Position numbers and translations under genes: made by a program. This document shows positions 21,950 through 35,074 of a DNA stretch of 64,000 bases, piece after piece. The stretch comes from Klebsormidium nitens. Taxonomy: Eukaryota; Plantae; Klebsormidiophyceae. Numbering within the stretch: the stretch's first letter is position 1; every line of letters starts with the position of its first letter. A model generated the notes under the pieces. That model searched no databases, had not been told where the DNA came from, and saw nothing but the letters and a program-made list of their open reading frames with translations. Where the stretch lies: assembly GCA_000708835.1 (NCBI GenBank), contig DF237137.1, forward strand, positions 85,574 to 149,573. The letters are read 5' to 3'.

Positions 21950-24188
21950 TCAGCTTTTTGGAACCATGAGTGGCCCGATATTGTCTCCGCTTTCCTTGTT
22001 GTGCGCATTATGAGAACCATCACAATGAGGGAACTGCAAAGAAGAGGGAAAACGGCGTCAGGAGAGGTGAGCAAATGAATAGGTTTCTACATTTTGTTGC
22101 ATAACGATTCTCCCACGCAGATCTTGGAAGGCAAATGGTGCAAATGGAAGGCTACAATTCACATCGTCCGCAAGCAGAATGCGTCTAGAAAGTGCGCTCT
22201 GAGAATAAATCAGATCGACTGAAGGCGACGTTTCGTAATGGAATCGTCCCTTTCCCAAGTATGCCGGACAGCACCTATATAGGTCAGCAGGCTCAAAACC
22301 AGTCACAGCTGATTTGGCGGGTCGATATGCAAAGCCTCGATTGAAAGCTGAGCAACTGCCTCGAAACTACAGGTTCTAGCTCAAGCCTTGAAAAGGGACT
22401 CCCACGCGATCGCTTACCGTTTTCGACTTCCAGCACCGGCAATACGCCGTTTTGTCCTCCCTCTTTTCGGGTACGTAATCGACCACTTTAGCTAATGTCT
22501 GCAAGGGAGGCACGTGACACATCAGCCACGTAGAGGCACAACAAAACGTCGAATTGCAGGAAAGCGAAGTTCTCAGCTCCCGGCGTTGGCGTCTTGCGGC
22601 ATCCCTGAAGGGCAGTTCTTTTTCAATGAAACACAAGAAGGTTTTCTAACAAACTCTGCCCTTCTCACCAGGCGACCTAAAGAAGATGGTATATCAAAAG
22701 GCAAAACCCGAAAAAGGCAGGAAAACGTAAATTAAAGGCGAAGTAAAGATGGAGGCCACGATTCTCGGAGCGCTGGCTGCTTACCTTCTTGATATTGTGA
22801 TTGATCTGCACCTGGTTCGCCCCTCCTTTTGCAGCGATCACCCCGAGCAACTGGCTCAACGCAAACACGGATAAGAGGTGCACAACAATGAGCGTCCCTA
22901 GCAGGGGGGCAAGCTTCACCCAGTCGCCAGTGTCGAGGCCAAGGAAGCCCTGGGCCGTCTTGGGCAGGGGCAAACCCTGGGGTTGAGAAGTCAAACCATG
23001 TTTTAGTGTTCGCGAGATGGCAAGGAAGCGAAGGGGGGGAGTTCTTAGTTGGTGTAGAGTCTGCAGCGGCAGTGAAATCTTATACTGTGGCTAACTACTA
23101 GGAGGTCAGTTTATCTCAACAATAGGTTGGTTGCTGAGACAGTAGGAAGGAAAATGAATCGGCAGGACAGAACCGCACGGTTGAAGAAAGCGCGGCTGAC
23201 AGCGCTGGAGAAAGCATGAAAAAGGCACCGTCATTTCTGCCCCAACTGTGAGATTTAATTTATTCTGGGAACTACCTCAAAAATCTATATGGGGCGATGG
23301 TTTGTTATCAGAAAAAAGTCCAGCTTCAGGATAGCAACCGTTGACTGGACGAGTGAAGGACAACTCTCGGGGCAGAAAGCAGGTGTGATGACCTCCTGAG
23401 AGTTGCAGAAATGCTCAGTTGCCCTCTTTCCAAGCATTTGATTGGCGCCCGGTGTATAAAGACTTAATCACGGAGGGCCAAATGGTGGTAGCGCGACACA
23501 AGGCTTTTAGACCTTTGTTGCAGACCAAATGATAGATCAAAGCATGTGGGCCATGAATGCAACTAAAAGAATGGGTTGCGCTTCAACCTTCTCATCTGGA
23601 GTAGTTCTTCCAGATCAGATGCACAATGCAATTTACAGCGAGATATTTCCATGCCCTTCTCGTCTGTTGATGATGAGATTCGAGTATAAAATGGGCTCTG
23701 GAATCACAACGCCCACAGAGCACCCAACAGCTGACGGAGGGAGGCGGCATTCAGAGTTCACAATTTGTTCATATTCCACAAATCCACAAAAGCAAAAGTA
23801 AACAAGGAAACAAGGAAGCGGTGACACAACCAACACTGTGAGAGGCTTTCGCACACCAACAAGTATCTATTTGCTCACAACTCAAAAACCAATGAGTCCC
23901 ATTCAAGCTCCTCAAATCATCCAAATTCCAATCAGTTCTCCTTGAACACAATAGATGATGCACAGAGAGCTTCCAGTAGCTGTCAAGGAACTCTGGGTGG
24001 TTCCCATTACGCATTGCGTCTGACCACTGAAAGCTCCAGCCGATGCAAGCCTCGCCGAACTTGACTGGGCTAGATTGAACCAGCTCAGGGAGCTGGAATG
24101 CTGTAGATTTCACCTTCAGATAGGCAGGCACGTCTCTTGTGATGGCTACTTGCAGCCTCTCTACGGCAGCGTCCAGAAATGCGGCCAT
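21950..24188 (-). CDS. CISD2: CDGSH iron-sulfur (NEET) protein, CISD2/Miner1-like, 4 exons, 143 aa
   Basis: Exons 24188-24114, 22976-22785, 22498-22418, 22033-21950, all phase 0 with GT-AG ends. Sequence DVPAYLK|GLPLPKTAQGFLGLDTGDWVKLAPLLG...YCRCWKSKT|FPHCDGSHNAHN...DNIGPL. Confidence 0.92.
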
Positions 24189-24670
24189 GGCGCCTTAGAC
24201 AAGGAGAGAGAAGCGTGTGTTAAAAAGGTTTCAGCAACTGAGAAGGGAAAACTTTTCGGAAGATGCCAGGACTCTGACGACCATCATTCACAATACAATG
24301 CAATCCTGGCTGCAATACCAGCACTGGCCAGTGTCTTGAATTTAAAATTATGCTTTCTTCAGCTGCAGATGAACGGAGGGCATGCTTCAACGCGCGCGCG
24401 GCGCGGCTCGATTCTTCGAGGCTTAGTAAGTTAGTAGGCGGCAGGCTTCGACTAAACCACGGGCGAACGCGAAACCTGACGGTCCCTCCATGCCCGGGCG
24501 CGTGCTCGCGCTTGCTTGACCTGCAATGCAATGGCGAAGCGCGGGGTGGGCCGCAGCTAAAACATGGCAGCAATTGCCAGCGTTGGACGCAGAAGGCGCC
24601 TGCAGTCCACGTAAAACTCTTTGGTCCTAGCCAAAGCCCGTCTTGTGTGTCCTTTCTTCGATCCTCTCCA

Positions 24671-27600
24671 ATGCGCTGCAGTGAGTGCAGCAAGGAGGGC
24701 GCCGCATTGCGATGCTCCCGCTGCAAACGCGTCTTCTATTGCAGCAAGGCCTGTCAGCAAAGAGACTGGCCAACACACAAGCGAACCTGCAGTCCTGGGG
24801 CCCTGCCTGAAGCAGAGTCTGTTGTCAATCAAGCGGGCACCACTGGCGGGGGATCCCCTCAGAACTTGGAAGTGAGGCCAGTGGTGGTGAGGGAGAAGCG
24901 GGCGCCCATAAGGGAAGACTTTCCAGAGGGGCTGAGGGAGTATGTATATGAGAGGAGCGTTGATGGGGTGGAGGAGAACCTGCTGATCTTGTTGCATGGG
25001 CTGGGGGACACGTGCAAGCCGTGAGTAATGCTGACGATTCATGTTTCAATCCTAGCAATTCCACCAGTTTAAAGCCCCTTTCGAATGAGGATCTGTCCTT
25101 TTCTTCTGCTGCTTGCCGCTGATCAATTGATCAGCATGTCCTCCGAAACTCTACAGCTTTGAAATTCCCCTTGCTTTTTCAGATACACACATGGAGGAAG
25201 TTCCTGACAAGGACCGATTGTGAGCTGTTGTTCTTGAACGTATCTCACCACTTTTTTGACATCCTGCTGTGAATTCAGCTCAAGTCCTCTCCTGCTTTCA
25301 TCAGCCAGGGTCATGCGCACACAGGTTTACAGCGCTTTGCCTCTTTTTTCCCCCTCATCCGAGGATTTCTTTATATCTCACATCTCGAGATGGACTCATT
25401 CCTAGCATCATTGCATCGTTTTCTGCAGCTTCACCACCCTGGGAAAACGCATGAATCTGCCCCAGACATCCATCCTCGCTCTCTCGGGGCCTATTCAAAT
25501 CCCCGAAACCGACGGCGGTCGCGCCTGGTTCACCTCTTTTGATGAAAACTGGGATCTCATTGAGCCTTCCCCGAACGAGACTCAACGCTTGCACAGTTTA
25601 CGAGTAACCCGCTCTAAACTAAGCCGGTTACTGGATAACCTGGAAAGTCGGTGCGGTTGGAATAGGGGCCAGATACACTTGTTAGGCTTTTCTCAAGGGG
25701 GGCAAGTGGTACTCGACCTGGCGCTGAACTCGTGCGGTGCGAATAAGCTCGGGGGAGTGGTGAGTGGGCTGACACAGGAAGTGAGAGTGCCTATTTACAC
25801 CGTTGGTGTGTCATATTTCGGTAGCTCGGGTAGGCAGATCTCGTGGGGTGTAGAACGATGTGTAGAGTTGCAAGTAGGCTGGAGAGGAATCTCATTTTGA
25901 ATTGATAGGTTGAGAATCAATACTTGTGAAGTTTGAGGCAAGAGTTTAGATAGGAAAAAAAGGCTTCTGACCAGTTTTGTTGGGAGGCTTTTGAGTTTTT
26001 TCTGCTGGCAATCAGGAGCCGCCATCCGACAAAGTTTGGGATGAGGTAGGGCTCAGGGAGATGAAAAGGAGAAAGTAAGTGACAAGAAGCAAAATTTGGA
26101 GAGCTGAAAGGCAACTGGTAATCGGGAGTCCTTACAGCAGGATTGGTTGAAAGACACTGGTAATACTGAATGGATTGAAATCCAGCTTTGGACCTAGTTA
26201 TCGAGGGCGATTTCACGTCCATGACCATGCTTTGCAGGTCGCCCTGTCTGCAGCCGTTCTTCCAGAGGCGATCATACAAGCTTCGAAAAGCGATGTGAAG
26301 CCGTGTCAAACGGTGAGCGAACCAGTGACGCGTTTTTCGCAAGCCTTTTGCTTTTGTCAATGTGCGTCATGCACAAACCACGAACTTTCACCTGTAGCTC
26401 TATCAGAGTTCTATCGCTGCGAGTTGAGGGAGAATCAAGATAGAGTCTTTATGGAGCTCTCGTTTAGAGATCTCCTCTGTTTTGTGGGCCTCGTCTTCAA
26501 ATCATCCTGTTACCGTTCTGGCTGCTTTTTGCAACTTCGTTCGTTAGAATTCAACTTATGATCAGTCGCAGCCCGTTGGATGTAACTGGTGACGCCCTTG
26601 CTGCAGGCTTGTACGCCGGTCTTGGCTGTGCGGGGCACCGCCGACGACGTTCTCAGCAAAGCTGACTGGCAAAGGTAAGAGCAGTCTTCTGACTCTGAAC
26701 TGATTGCCGCTGCATTCGTGGCTCCTACATATACTGGGATGTCGGCTTTCAGTTGCACTTGCCGTTTTGACCAGATACGAACATCCTCAACTTCGGATGC
26801 TTAGCCGAGGATGAAGTTCATTTGTTGATATGGTTGTATTGCCTGCCTGCATCTCAAGTGTGAGTATGATTGCCTCGTTTGCCTTTACTTGAAAGCCGGG
26901 CAATTTTCTCAAGAGATATACGGGCTCCACTTCACTCTTACTCCCTTCCGAACGCGCAGGTCTAATGACTACTACCGTTCTTGCCATCCTGCGGCGGACG
27001 TACAGGCGACAGAAGTGCGCAAGGTAAAGTCGTGCTTCGTTGGTCCATCATGTCACTAGCCGAAAGATGGGTGCGCATCTGTTGATCGATTCTGCAAATT
27101 TTCGAGAGTTATCTTCTTCGGACGTAGCTCTGTCTCCGGTTGCTTTTGACCCCAAGCGGAGAGCTTCCTTTCAAGCGATAACTATGCTGGCTGAGCTTCC
27201 TGGATGTTTTTGCTCGTTGTTGCCTCTGTTACGGTGCGAAAGAGGACGCTGACGTGTGCCCTAACTACGCCGAAACTCGTTCCGCCGTCGTTCCGACAGG
27301 TGTCTGAGATCGTCCCCTTTTCCGTTCTGCCTAGTACGAACGTCTTGAGCTTTAACTTATGCTCTCGCTGTTGATCATAAATTCTTACTGTCGACCTGTT
27401 ATGCAGAAAAGCGGCCAGCTTTTCGCTTCATCTGATTCGAGTCGGCCGTCGCATGTACGTAAAATGGATTCCTCTCGCTCTCTGTACCATACATAAGCTG
27501 ACATTTCACATGTAGATGTTTAAGGAGTATCTCGCAAATGTTTTGACGGTACCTTGTTCTGCGACAACCTTTGGCTTCTCTTGCTCGATCCGCAGGGCCA

Positions 27601-27808
27601 TCAGATGGTGTCCAGCGAGGCGGAGATGCGCATTCTGATGGAGTTCTGGGCGAAGACCCTGACCCGGCGGTCCGCCCTGGAACGAACAGAAGGTCTTGTA
27701 GAAGTCACGGGGACCAACGCCACGGAAACCCTAGAGTCGCTTAGAAATAGGGGAAAACCGGATCGTTTGAGAACGGATATCGTAACCTTGGCTGATAGTC
27801 ATATTTAA
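24671..27808 (+). CDS. MYND zinc finger fused to phospholipase/carboxylesterase (alpha/beta hydrolase)
   Basis: CSECSK...CSRCKRVFYCSKACQQRDWPTHKRTC (MYND), LLILLHGLGD, LLGFSQGG (nucleophile elbow), AVRGTADD, GHQM (catalytic His). Approximate exons 24671-25021, 25430-25760, 26238-26311, 26608-26674, 26960-27024, 27596-27808. Confidence 0.85.
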
Positions 27809-28044
27809 CCCGCTGCGAGCTATTTGGGCATCCTCGGTAACGACTTCCATCAGTCACGACTCGGTCGCTGACTTCATCAGCATGTGCTTCACGAGGGTTT
27901 CTGTAGCGGTGAATGCGAGAGCAGCGTGTAGGCAGAGTATACGCACGAAGCTATGTGCATGATAGAGCAGTCTGGTTGCGAGCCACGTACATAGTGCACA
28001 TACAGGCCGGGTCAAAGTATGGCGGACGCGCACTTTCCGGTCGT

Positions 28045-28095
28045 TCCTTTCGTCCGCTCGTCCGCTCGTTCGTTCGTTCCGCGTTGACTTCCGTT
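28045..28095. repeat. Short (CGTT/CGTC)n microsatellite-like tract
   Basis: TTCGTCCGCTCGTCCGCTCGTTCGTTCGTTCCG. Confidence 0.6.
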
Positions 28096-28635
28096 CGAAC
28101 CGGTGCGTAAATCGTAAGATTGTGGAATCTGCACAGCCAGCGTCTGCCCATGCAAATTGCATGCTTGAGCGGATTTACATGCCTGACCATGATGCACTTG
28201 GATCGATGCGATCGAGCCTGGGGTCCAGCTGTGCAAAGCCATGCACTCAATGCGGCCTAGTGATCATGCATATGCGCATTGGTATGTGACGGTAGGTGCA
28301 TGTGACATTTGGCTGATTTGCATCAGGAATGGTTTGCACTATCTAATATTTAAGCTAGGATATATTTTGAAGGAAAACAGTTACTACGTAAATCCGCAAC
28401 GAGCACTGCATGAAAATACCGGCCGCCATGTTGATATACATGTGTGCATGAGATGCACCCAGATACACTGCAGGATCGATGAGACGGCGATCATTGCATT
28501 AAATTGGCATCGTCTATGTTTGGCAGCTCAATCTTAGCTCAATAACAACGTACGGCCACTTTAGAATGGAGAAGGCCACTAAAGTGCAAATGTCTAGAAA
28601 GTACGTTCGCTACTTAAGCTTCCCGTTCTAGGTCT

Positions 28636-29919
28636 TCAGCGCCCAGTGCATTCGACCGTCCCGATTGGCAGCTGATAGCTCGCGCAAGACAGCCGCAGGA
28701 CTTGACGACCCTCTGCAAACACAGACTCTTTCACGGGTAGCACCAGGGAGACCAAGAGCTTTCTTTTCAAACCAGGAAAGTTCCACTTCCTGGCATGATC
28801 GGGCGTTTTGCCAAACCAGTCGCAGGGCCCATAATTGCGGTAACTGGGAAGGATCCCTTGACAAAGAACGGAATCGATGGAGCTCATCTGGGTTCCGTGG
28901 AAGACGAGGGGAAGAGGCCGGAAGCGCTTGCTGCGGAACGGAATGAAACAGCAAGCGCATCTTTCGAAACAGGCACCTGCAGCCAGAAAGAATGATCGCG
29001 TCGAGTTTCAGGGTCCCGGGTGTGAAGACATGCAGGGCTCAGAGAAGTGTGACATGGATGTGAAACGAGAATGGCCTTTTGTTTAATAACGTACAGAAAA
29101 GACTAAGTGGGCTTCGTTTGATATACGCTTCGCTCAGGATGAAGGTAAGTATCAAAATCAGGTCACACCAGAAGTTCGTACCACGGTATTGAGACGGCCT
29201 TCATCCACGTCATGCTCCTTTCGTCAGGAAAGATCTCCGCACGAAAGGTAGTACTTTCCAAAGTCGCCTGATCAAGAATCATAATACGAGGTCAAACGGT
29301 GACATGTCATACTATGTCCATACTGCTTAGTAAGCGATGAGTATCAAATAGCAAATCGTCCTCCTCAGCACTGACCTGTGACTTTGTAGTGATGCTCGCA
29401 CAGGCGCGCGAGGAAACGATCGTAAAGGGGCCCGGACAGAGCGTACGGATTCAGAACAAAACTGGACGGGTCAATTTCTTCGGACCACCGGGACAGGCGC
29501 TCCCGGATGCTGTCTTCGGACAGGTGGCGCGCGAGTACTTCCTTCACTTCCTGCAAAATCAAGGCCGTTTCGCCGGTAGATAAATCCGTGCAAGGCAGCA
29601 CGATGACGTGGTTCTACTTTGTCTGGGTTGGCGCTGCTTTCTCCTGATGAAGACATGCAGGTTTCGCGGAGCATAAGATTCGGGCTCGCAAAGTCGTGCT
29701 GGCTAGCTGGGTTTGTTCAACGGAAGTGGATCCGCCGCCACTTTGAGACAAAGCTTCTCAGGGCAACGTAGGGGCCGGGGCAGGATAGCAATGCCTGGTC
29801 GTCCGATCAACTATAAGGTGAAAAGTGTCTACTCCCACCTCTTGTTCTTCATCATGTTGCTTCCTCTGGCACCCATTTCGCTCTGGCCCCTTGGTTAGCG
29901 GCCGGTGCCCCCGTCTCAT
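28636..29919 (-). CDS. PARP-catalytic-like ADP-ribosyltransferase, paralog 1 (3 exons)
   Basis: FVLNPYALSGPLYDRFLARL | LPLVFHGTQMSSIDSVLCQGI...CDWFG...LLVSLVLPVK...SYQLPIGTV. Confidence 0.7.
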
Positions 29920-30544
29920 TCAGACCCGTTACTTCGGGAATTGTCTTGTCCTTGGACATGCTGCTTTTGTTTAAGGAGACAACGGGGCAAGCGGCCGGTA
30001 AAAGAGTCCACACGAAAGTTTTGCAAACATTAGGACGCACTTGCCCACGTCATGAAAGAGTAGGCTTCCAATCTTTGGACTGGCCTCTTCTCGACAACGG
30101 GCAAACCTGACCGGAACCATGATTCCGGCACGGAAGAGCTACGACGCCTTCTGCTTTTGCCACGTGGCAAAGGATCGCAGCCGCTGGGAGCGCGCCCGAA
30201 ACCAGTCAAAAGGTATGTACCGTATAGTAGCATCGGGGCCAGGTCGAAGCGAAGTCGAAGCGCGACCTTTTCGCACCGTCTCTTAAAGCGCGAACTGAAC
30301 AAAAGTTTCTGCACTTCGCAGAAGAGCGTGCGTGTCAAGAAGGCGAGACGCCTTGCTAGAGCGCCTTGTTTTCAAGTTGTGCCTTATTGAAAGTCGGTTC
30401 TCCTGTGAATCCTTGCATTGCAGAGCTGGAAAATGACAGCAGTCTTCGGACGTCCTTGTCCTGCGTGAGGGTCTGGAAGTGAGCACCTTTGAACAAAGCC
30501 AGCTTGTCTGATGTCAGTCTCTTGAAATACATACGTATACAAGG

Positions 30545-32284
30545 ATGGGGCTAGTACCAGCTGGGAAAAAGAGATACGTGTGGCCATGGTGGAGCAAGAA
30601 GGCGGACCCGGAGCTGGAGGTGAGCAGGAAGCGGTTAAGATAGCCCTCCAACCGGTTTGGAAGTGGTCAAGCCTTTGGTTGCTAGCGATCTGCCCATGGT
30701 AGAGCAAGAAGGTGGAACCGGAGCTAGAGGTACTAGACAGGGGTCGTTTAAGATAACCTCCAACCGGTTTGGAAGTGGTCAAGCCGTTGGGTGCTACGCA
30801 GTCGAGTGGTCTGATTGAGATTGAAAGACTTGTAAGAGTTCAAAAGTTGCCCGAGACTGCTGTTGTTACTCCAAGATACTCGCTTTTATCTTCCAGATAT
30901 TGTCTACACGTGTCTGAACAAGCTGAAACTTCTTTCTACGCCAATTTTCGCAGATAGCGTCTCAGATAGTCTTGACCGTACTTCTTGATCTAGTGCACAT
31001 ATAGCTCTGTGAGTAGTAAGCCTTGCAACCAGAATCAAGACCTAAATAAAAGCTTTGCGCTCCGCACCCGAACCCACGCTAACCCCCTAGCCAACCCCAC
31101 CCGTTGTATGCTAGCACAAAACCCTTATTTTTCACTGAGCTTGCTGTCCATTTCTCGGTTAGAAACCGGGATCGTTTTCCGGCTTGCGCCTCTCAGGAAC
31201 TGAGGAAGAAACTCGCGGACATCTTGTCCGAGGAGAACGTCCGGGAGCAACTGTCCGGGTGGTCCAAATCCATCCAGCTGTCCTCCTTCGTTCCGAACCC
31301 GCACGCGCTTTCTGGGCGTCTCCACGAACGCTTCCTTGCCCGCCTTTACCAGCACCGCAAAAGAGAGAAAGGTACGTGCTGACCCAAAAGAGTGCCGTGT
31401 GATTTTAGAGTCTGTAGAAGATGCAATGCTCGGGCGTCGTCAGTTGTCGACTGGGGAAATCCTATACAAATTGGTCAAGACCGGAGTACAGCATGCTTTC
31501 ATACAGTCAGTTCGGGTTCGACCACCACAATTCTATCACCTCAAGCAGCCGTGGTGTGATTGGTTACAGACTCTACTTCTCGCACAATGGGAGCTTTGTT
31601 CTTGAGCGACATATATGAGCAGTGCGTTCATCGGAATTGTCCAGAAACTTCGAAGCACCTTGCACTCTCCACCAAAAATAATCATGTGATGGAGATCTGA
31701 CCTTCCGTTCCAGTCTCTTCCTCAGCTCACAGGGGTATTTGGCGGTCAATTACCATAGTCGGTTACGGGCTGGTTCGAAGCTGGTTAACTGTCCAATGAC
31801 CAGGATCGAGCCGTAACCAGGGCTTGAACATGGCTATTACGCGGTTATTGGTCAAAGGACCATACGGAAGACGGGTTAGCGAACATGGTTAGCAGCCAAA
31901 CCTTCCTGTGCAGGTAGCAGCGCGTCCTGCTTCTCCGGCTCCTCGAGCAACGAAGACAGCTTCTCCCTCCTTCGCTTCGTATTCCACGGGACCCACAAGC
32001 GTAACTTGGACTCGATTCTGCGCAACGGTATGATACGTTGGTATCAGACCAAAGGGTGCGACTGGTTTGGCCTTAACCCAGAGACGTCCAAACCCTACTG
32101 CCGCAATCGCTTTGAAGGCACGCTCCTGGTCTTCCTAGTTCTTCCGGTTAAGCGGGCTGTGAAGCGAGACGATACGGACGTTTTAACGATGAGGTATGCA
32201 AGCTACCAACTGCCAATCGGGACTGTCAAGTGGGTTTTAGACGCGAAGCGGCAGAATATACTGAAAATCGTACCATTTTTTTGA
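30545..32284 (+). CDS. PARP-catalytic-like ADP-ribosyltransferase, paralog 2 (3 exons)
   Basis: FVPNPHALSGRLHERFLARL | LRFVFHGTHKRNLDSILRNGM...CDWFG...SKPYC...LLVFLVLPVK...SYQLPIGTV. First exon 30545-30617 is inferred. Confidence 0.72.
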
Positions 32285-33410
32285 GACTTTGAGACTTTGC
32301 TGCGGCTGGGGTTGGATAGGGCCCCAATGGTTGTTTGGTTGCAGACACCAGACAGTGTGTCTTCAAAAGCTGTTCCAAAGTATACTGATAATCTGGATAC
32401 AGGCGGATCAAATTGCAATCTATGAGGAGAGACTCGGACCTTCAGACGTATCTACAGAATGATAAAACTTCTACTTATTCAAGAGCCTATGTCAGGGGTT
32501 TCGAATACCTGATGAGGAGCGATAAATATGGTCAGACTCGAATTGCACGGTACGGTCAGCTAGTCGTTTCACGTTGGATTCATCGACCTCATAGAAGACG
32601 ATGCATGTTCAACTTTCGCACAAGAAATGATGCATAGAAAAAGCTCGCGGAGAAGAGCCTTCGAAGGAAGAACAGCAAAGGATGATCCAATTACCATATC
32701 AGAAGGACAAACGCTTGGGGCTGCCAGCGTCTGGCGCATGATTGCAAGTCAAAATCGAACGCGCCTCATTCCGTGGCAATTATAAGCGGTTGCTTTGATT
32801 TGAGGTTAAAAAGCTTCCGGCTCCGATTTGTCATGAGTTCAAGTTATATCAAGACCGATATCAATGACACGTAAACCCTGAGATTTGCCAACTTCGAAGC
32901 TGTGCACACCCCAAATCATCTTGCTAACCTCACCCGTCCGAAACAAATCCTATAACACTAACTAATCTCGAGACCAATCTGGACCGAGCTTGGTCACATA
33001 AAGCTGTAAAGACGTCTTGACGAGTCGCTCCGTTGAAATGCTCCGTTCCGGTCCCCTGGACTCACAAGGTGCTCGTGAATACCGGTGGCTACGCGACGCG
33101 CCGGAACGGAACCGTGATCGTCCGTTCCGCTGTGATTTGTTCCATAGTGCCGCCGGAACCTGTCCCTGGAGCAATGCGAGGAATTATCGGCGACTCCCCC
33201 GACTCACATCACTTGGTAAATCGGCTTGAATGGCGGCTCTAGGCTCTATACAAATTATCTCCTCTTTTTTGCGAGTTTATAGCGCGAGTTTTGCTCTCTG
33301 CTTGCTAGCTTTGACGCGCTGATCATTTTCCACGTACTATCGTAAGCTTTACTTCCGAGTTGAACAAACCCAGCTGGCTAAAGTTTTGAGGCACCTCACG
33401 CGCGGGGGTG

Positions 33411-35074
33411 ATGGATCCAGAGGGGCAGGAAAAAGCGGAAGGACAAGAAGATACCAAGAGGCGCAAGAGCAAGGAGGAACGCCGGAAAGAGGTGCGCTAC
33501 TGCTTGCGCCCTCCAACGTCTTTTGTTTCGAGGTTCGATAGCTTCTTCGTATTATGTTGTACAGAACCCAAGACTTTGTTCAAGGTCCTCACCTTTTCAT
33601 TGGAGCCCACCAAGTTCAACAAGCCATGATATTGTGGTATGTTATTTAGCTGCCCAAAACTTGAAGAGGCCCAACATAATAAGAAGAACTGTACTATAGG
33701 ACCCAAATGATCTCTGTAGCCCCTGGGCACATGAGGCAGGAGCGCTAGCGTGTCTGTAGTTCGAAAAGCGTCTCTTTGCCATGAATGGACAAGTTTAAGC
33801 CTACTCACTACATTGATTCCTGTGTTGCCTTTTTTCCTTCTTAAAGAAGCTCCAGAAGATGCTCGCGCACATGCTGTCCGAAGAGAATGTCCGGGAACAG
33901 CTGTCCGCATGGCAGAACTGCATCGACCCGGCCTCGTTTGTCCTGAACGAATTCGCGTTCTCGGGGCCGCTCTACGGCCGCTTTCTCGAGCGCCTGTACG
34001 AGCACCGCCGAGCGATTAAAGGTGGGTGCTGACGTCAATTGTGACGTAGGAGCTTCTCGTTGCCATTATAGTAGCTGCACTGTGCCGACGCTAACGCGCC
34101 GCTTGCGTAACCTTCTGCTCATATAACGCTTATTTTTTCCAATCCTTCGAACACCATCAAGCCAGTTGTTTGTCTTCAGGTGAATTGCTACCGGAAAGCC
34201 TCTGAGCCTTAACGCAAGCATGCGGGTATGACTCACTATTCATGACATCATCAACAAGTCGCCGTGTTCTCTGAACGTGACTCAACCCTTTCAATCAACA
34301 TTCGTCCTTGAGGTAGAAAGAAGACGAGAATTTGCACTGTGACCTTTTGGGGCAATTCATTTGCAGTGAATGGGAAGGGCGGAGTCTATCGCGCCTAATC
34401 ACAAGTGTCACAATTTGGGGGAGCATCACATCCACTGTGTTAAAAGTCGAAAAGGGTTTGATACTGGACACATTTGAAACCCTGGTTGGAAAGTACTGCG
34501 AATATTGCCAACGGACTTTCTGCCCGGCACAAGCACCCAACTCTTGTGGAACTAACACTAGGCATCATATTACTTATCGCGAGTCTTGTCTGAAGTACGC
34601 ATCATATTAGTTATCGCGAGTCTTGTCTGATTTGGCTCAACACCTGGCACAGACGGCTGACAACCTCTCCGCTCTTCCTGCGCAACAGCTCCGATTGCAA
34701 AAAGGAGCATCTGGCGCTGCTTTGGGAGTCCCAGAAACGACGCGGCTCACCCCTCCTTGCTGCGCCTCGTTTTTCACGGGACTCCCGACCAGAACGTGGA
34801 GTCCATTCTGCTGCTCGGAATGCGCCCTTCTAAACGGCGCGCAGACCGACGGTGCGACTGGTTCGCTTACGAGCCGGCGTTTTCCAAAAGATTCACCGTT
34901 TGTAAAGAGACCAAGACTCGGGGAAAGAGGCTCCTGGTGTTCTTGGTGTTACCGGTCAAGAAAGCTGTGCTCCATAACAGCAATATGGAGGACGTACTCA
35001 CGATGAAACATGCGTCCTACCAACTGCCCGTCGGAACGGTTGAGTTTGTGCAAGCGCCCGCGGCGCAAACCTGA
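33411..35074 (+). CDS. PARP-catalytic-like ADP-ribosyltransferase, paralog 3 (3 exons)
   Basis: Exons ~33411-33491, 33847-34021, 34689-35074. FVLNEFAFSGPLYGRFLERL | LRLVFHGTPDQNVESILLLGM...CDWFA...LLVFLVLPVK...SYQLPVGTV. Confidence 0.72.

Noticed and set aside
27860-28560. TGCA/CATG/GATC-rich stretch (similar texture at 54800-55450) as a MITE or gene
   Set aside because: No terminal repeats, TSD or credible ORF found.
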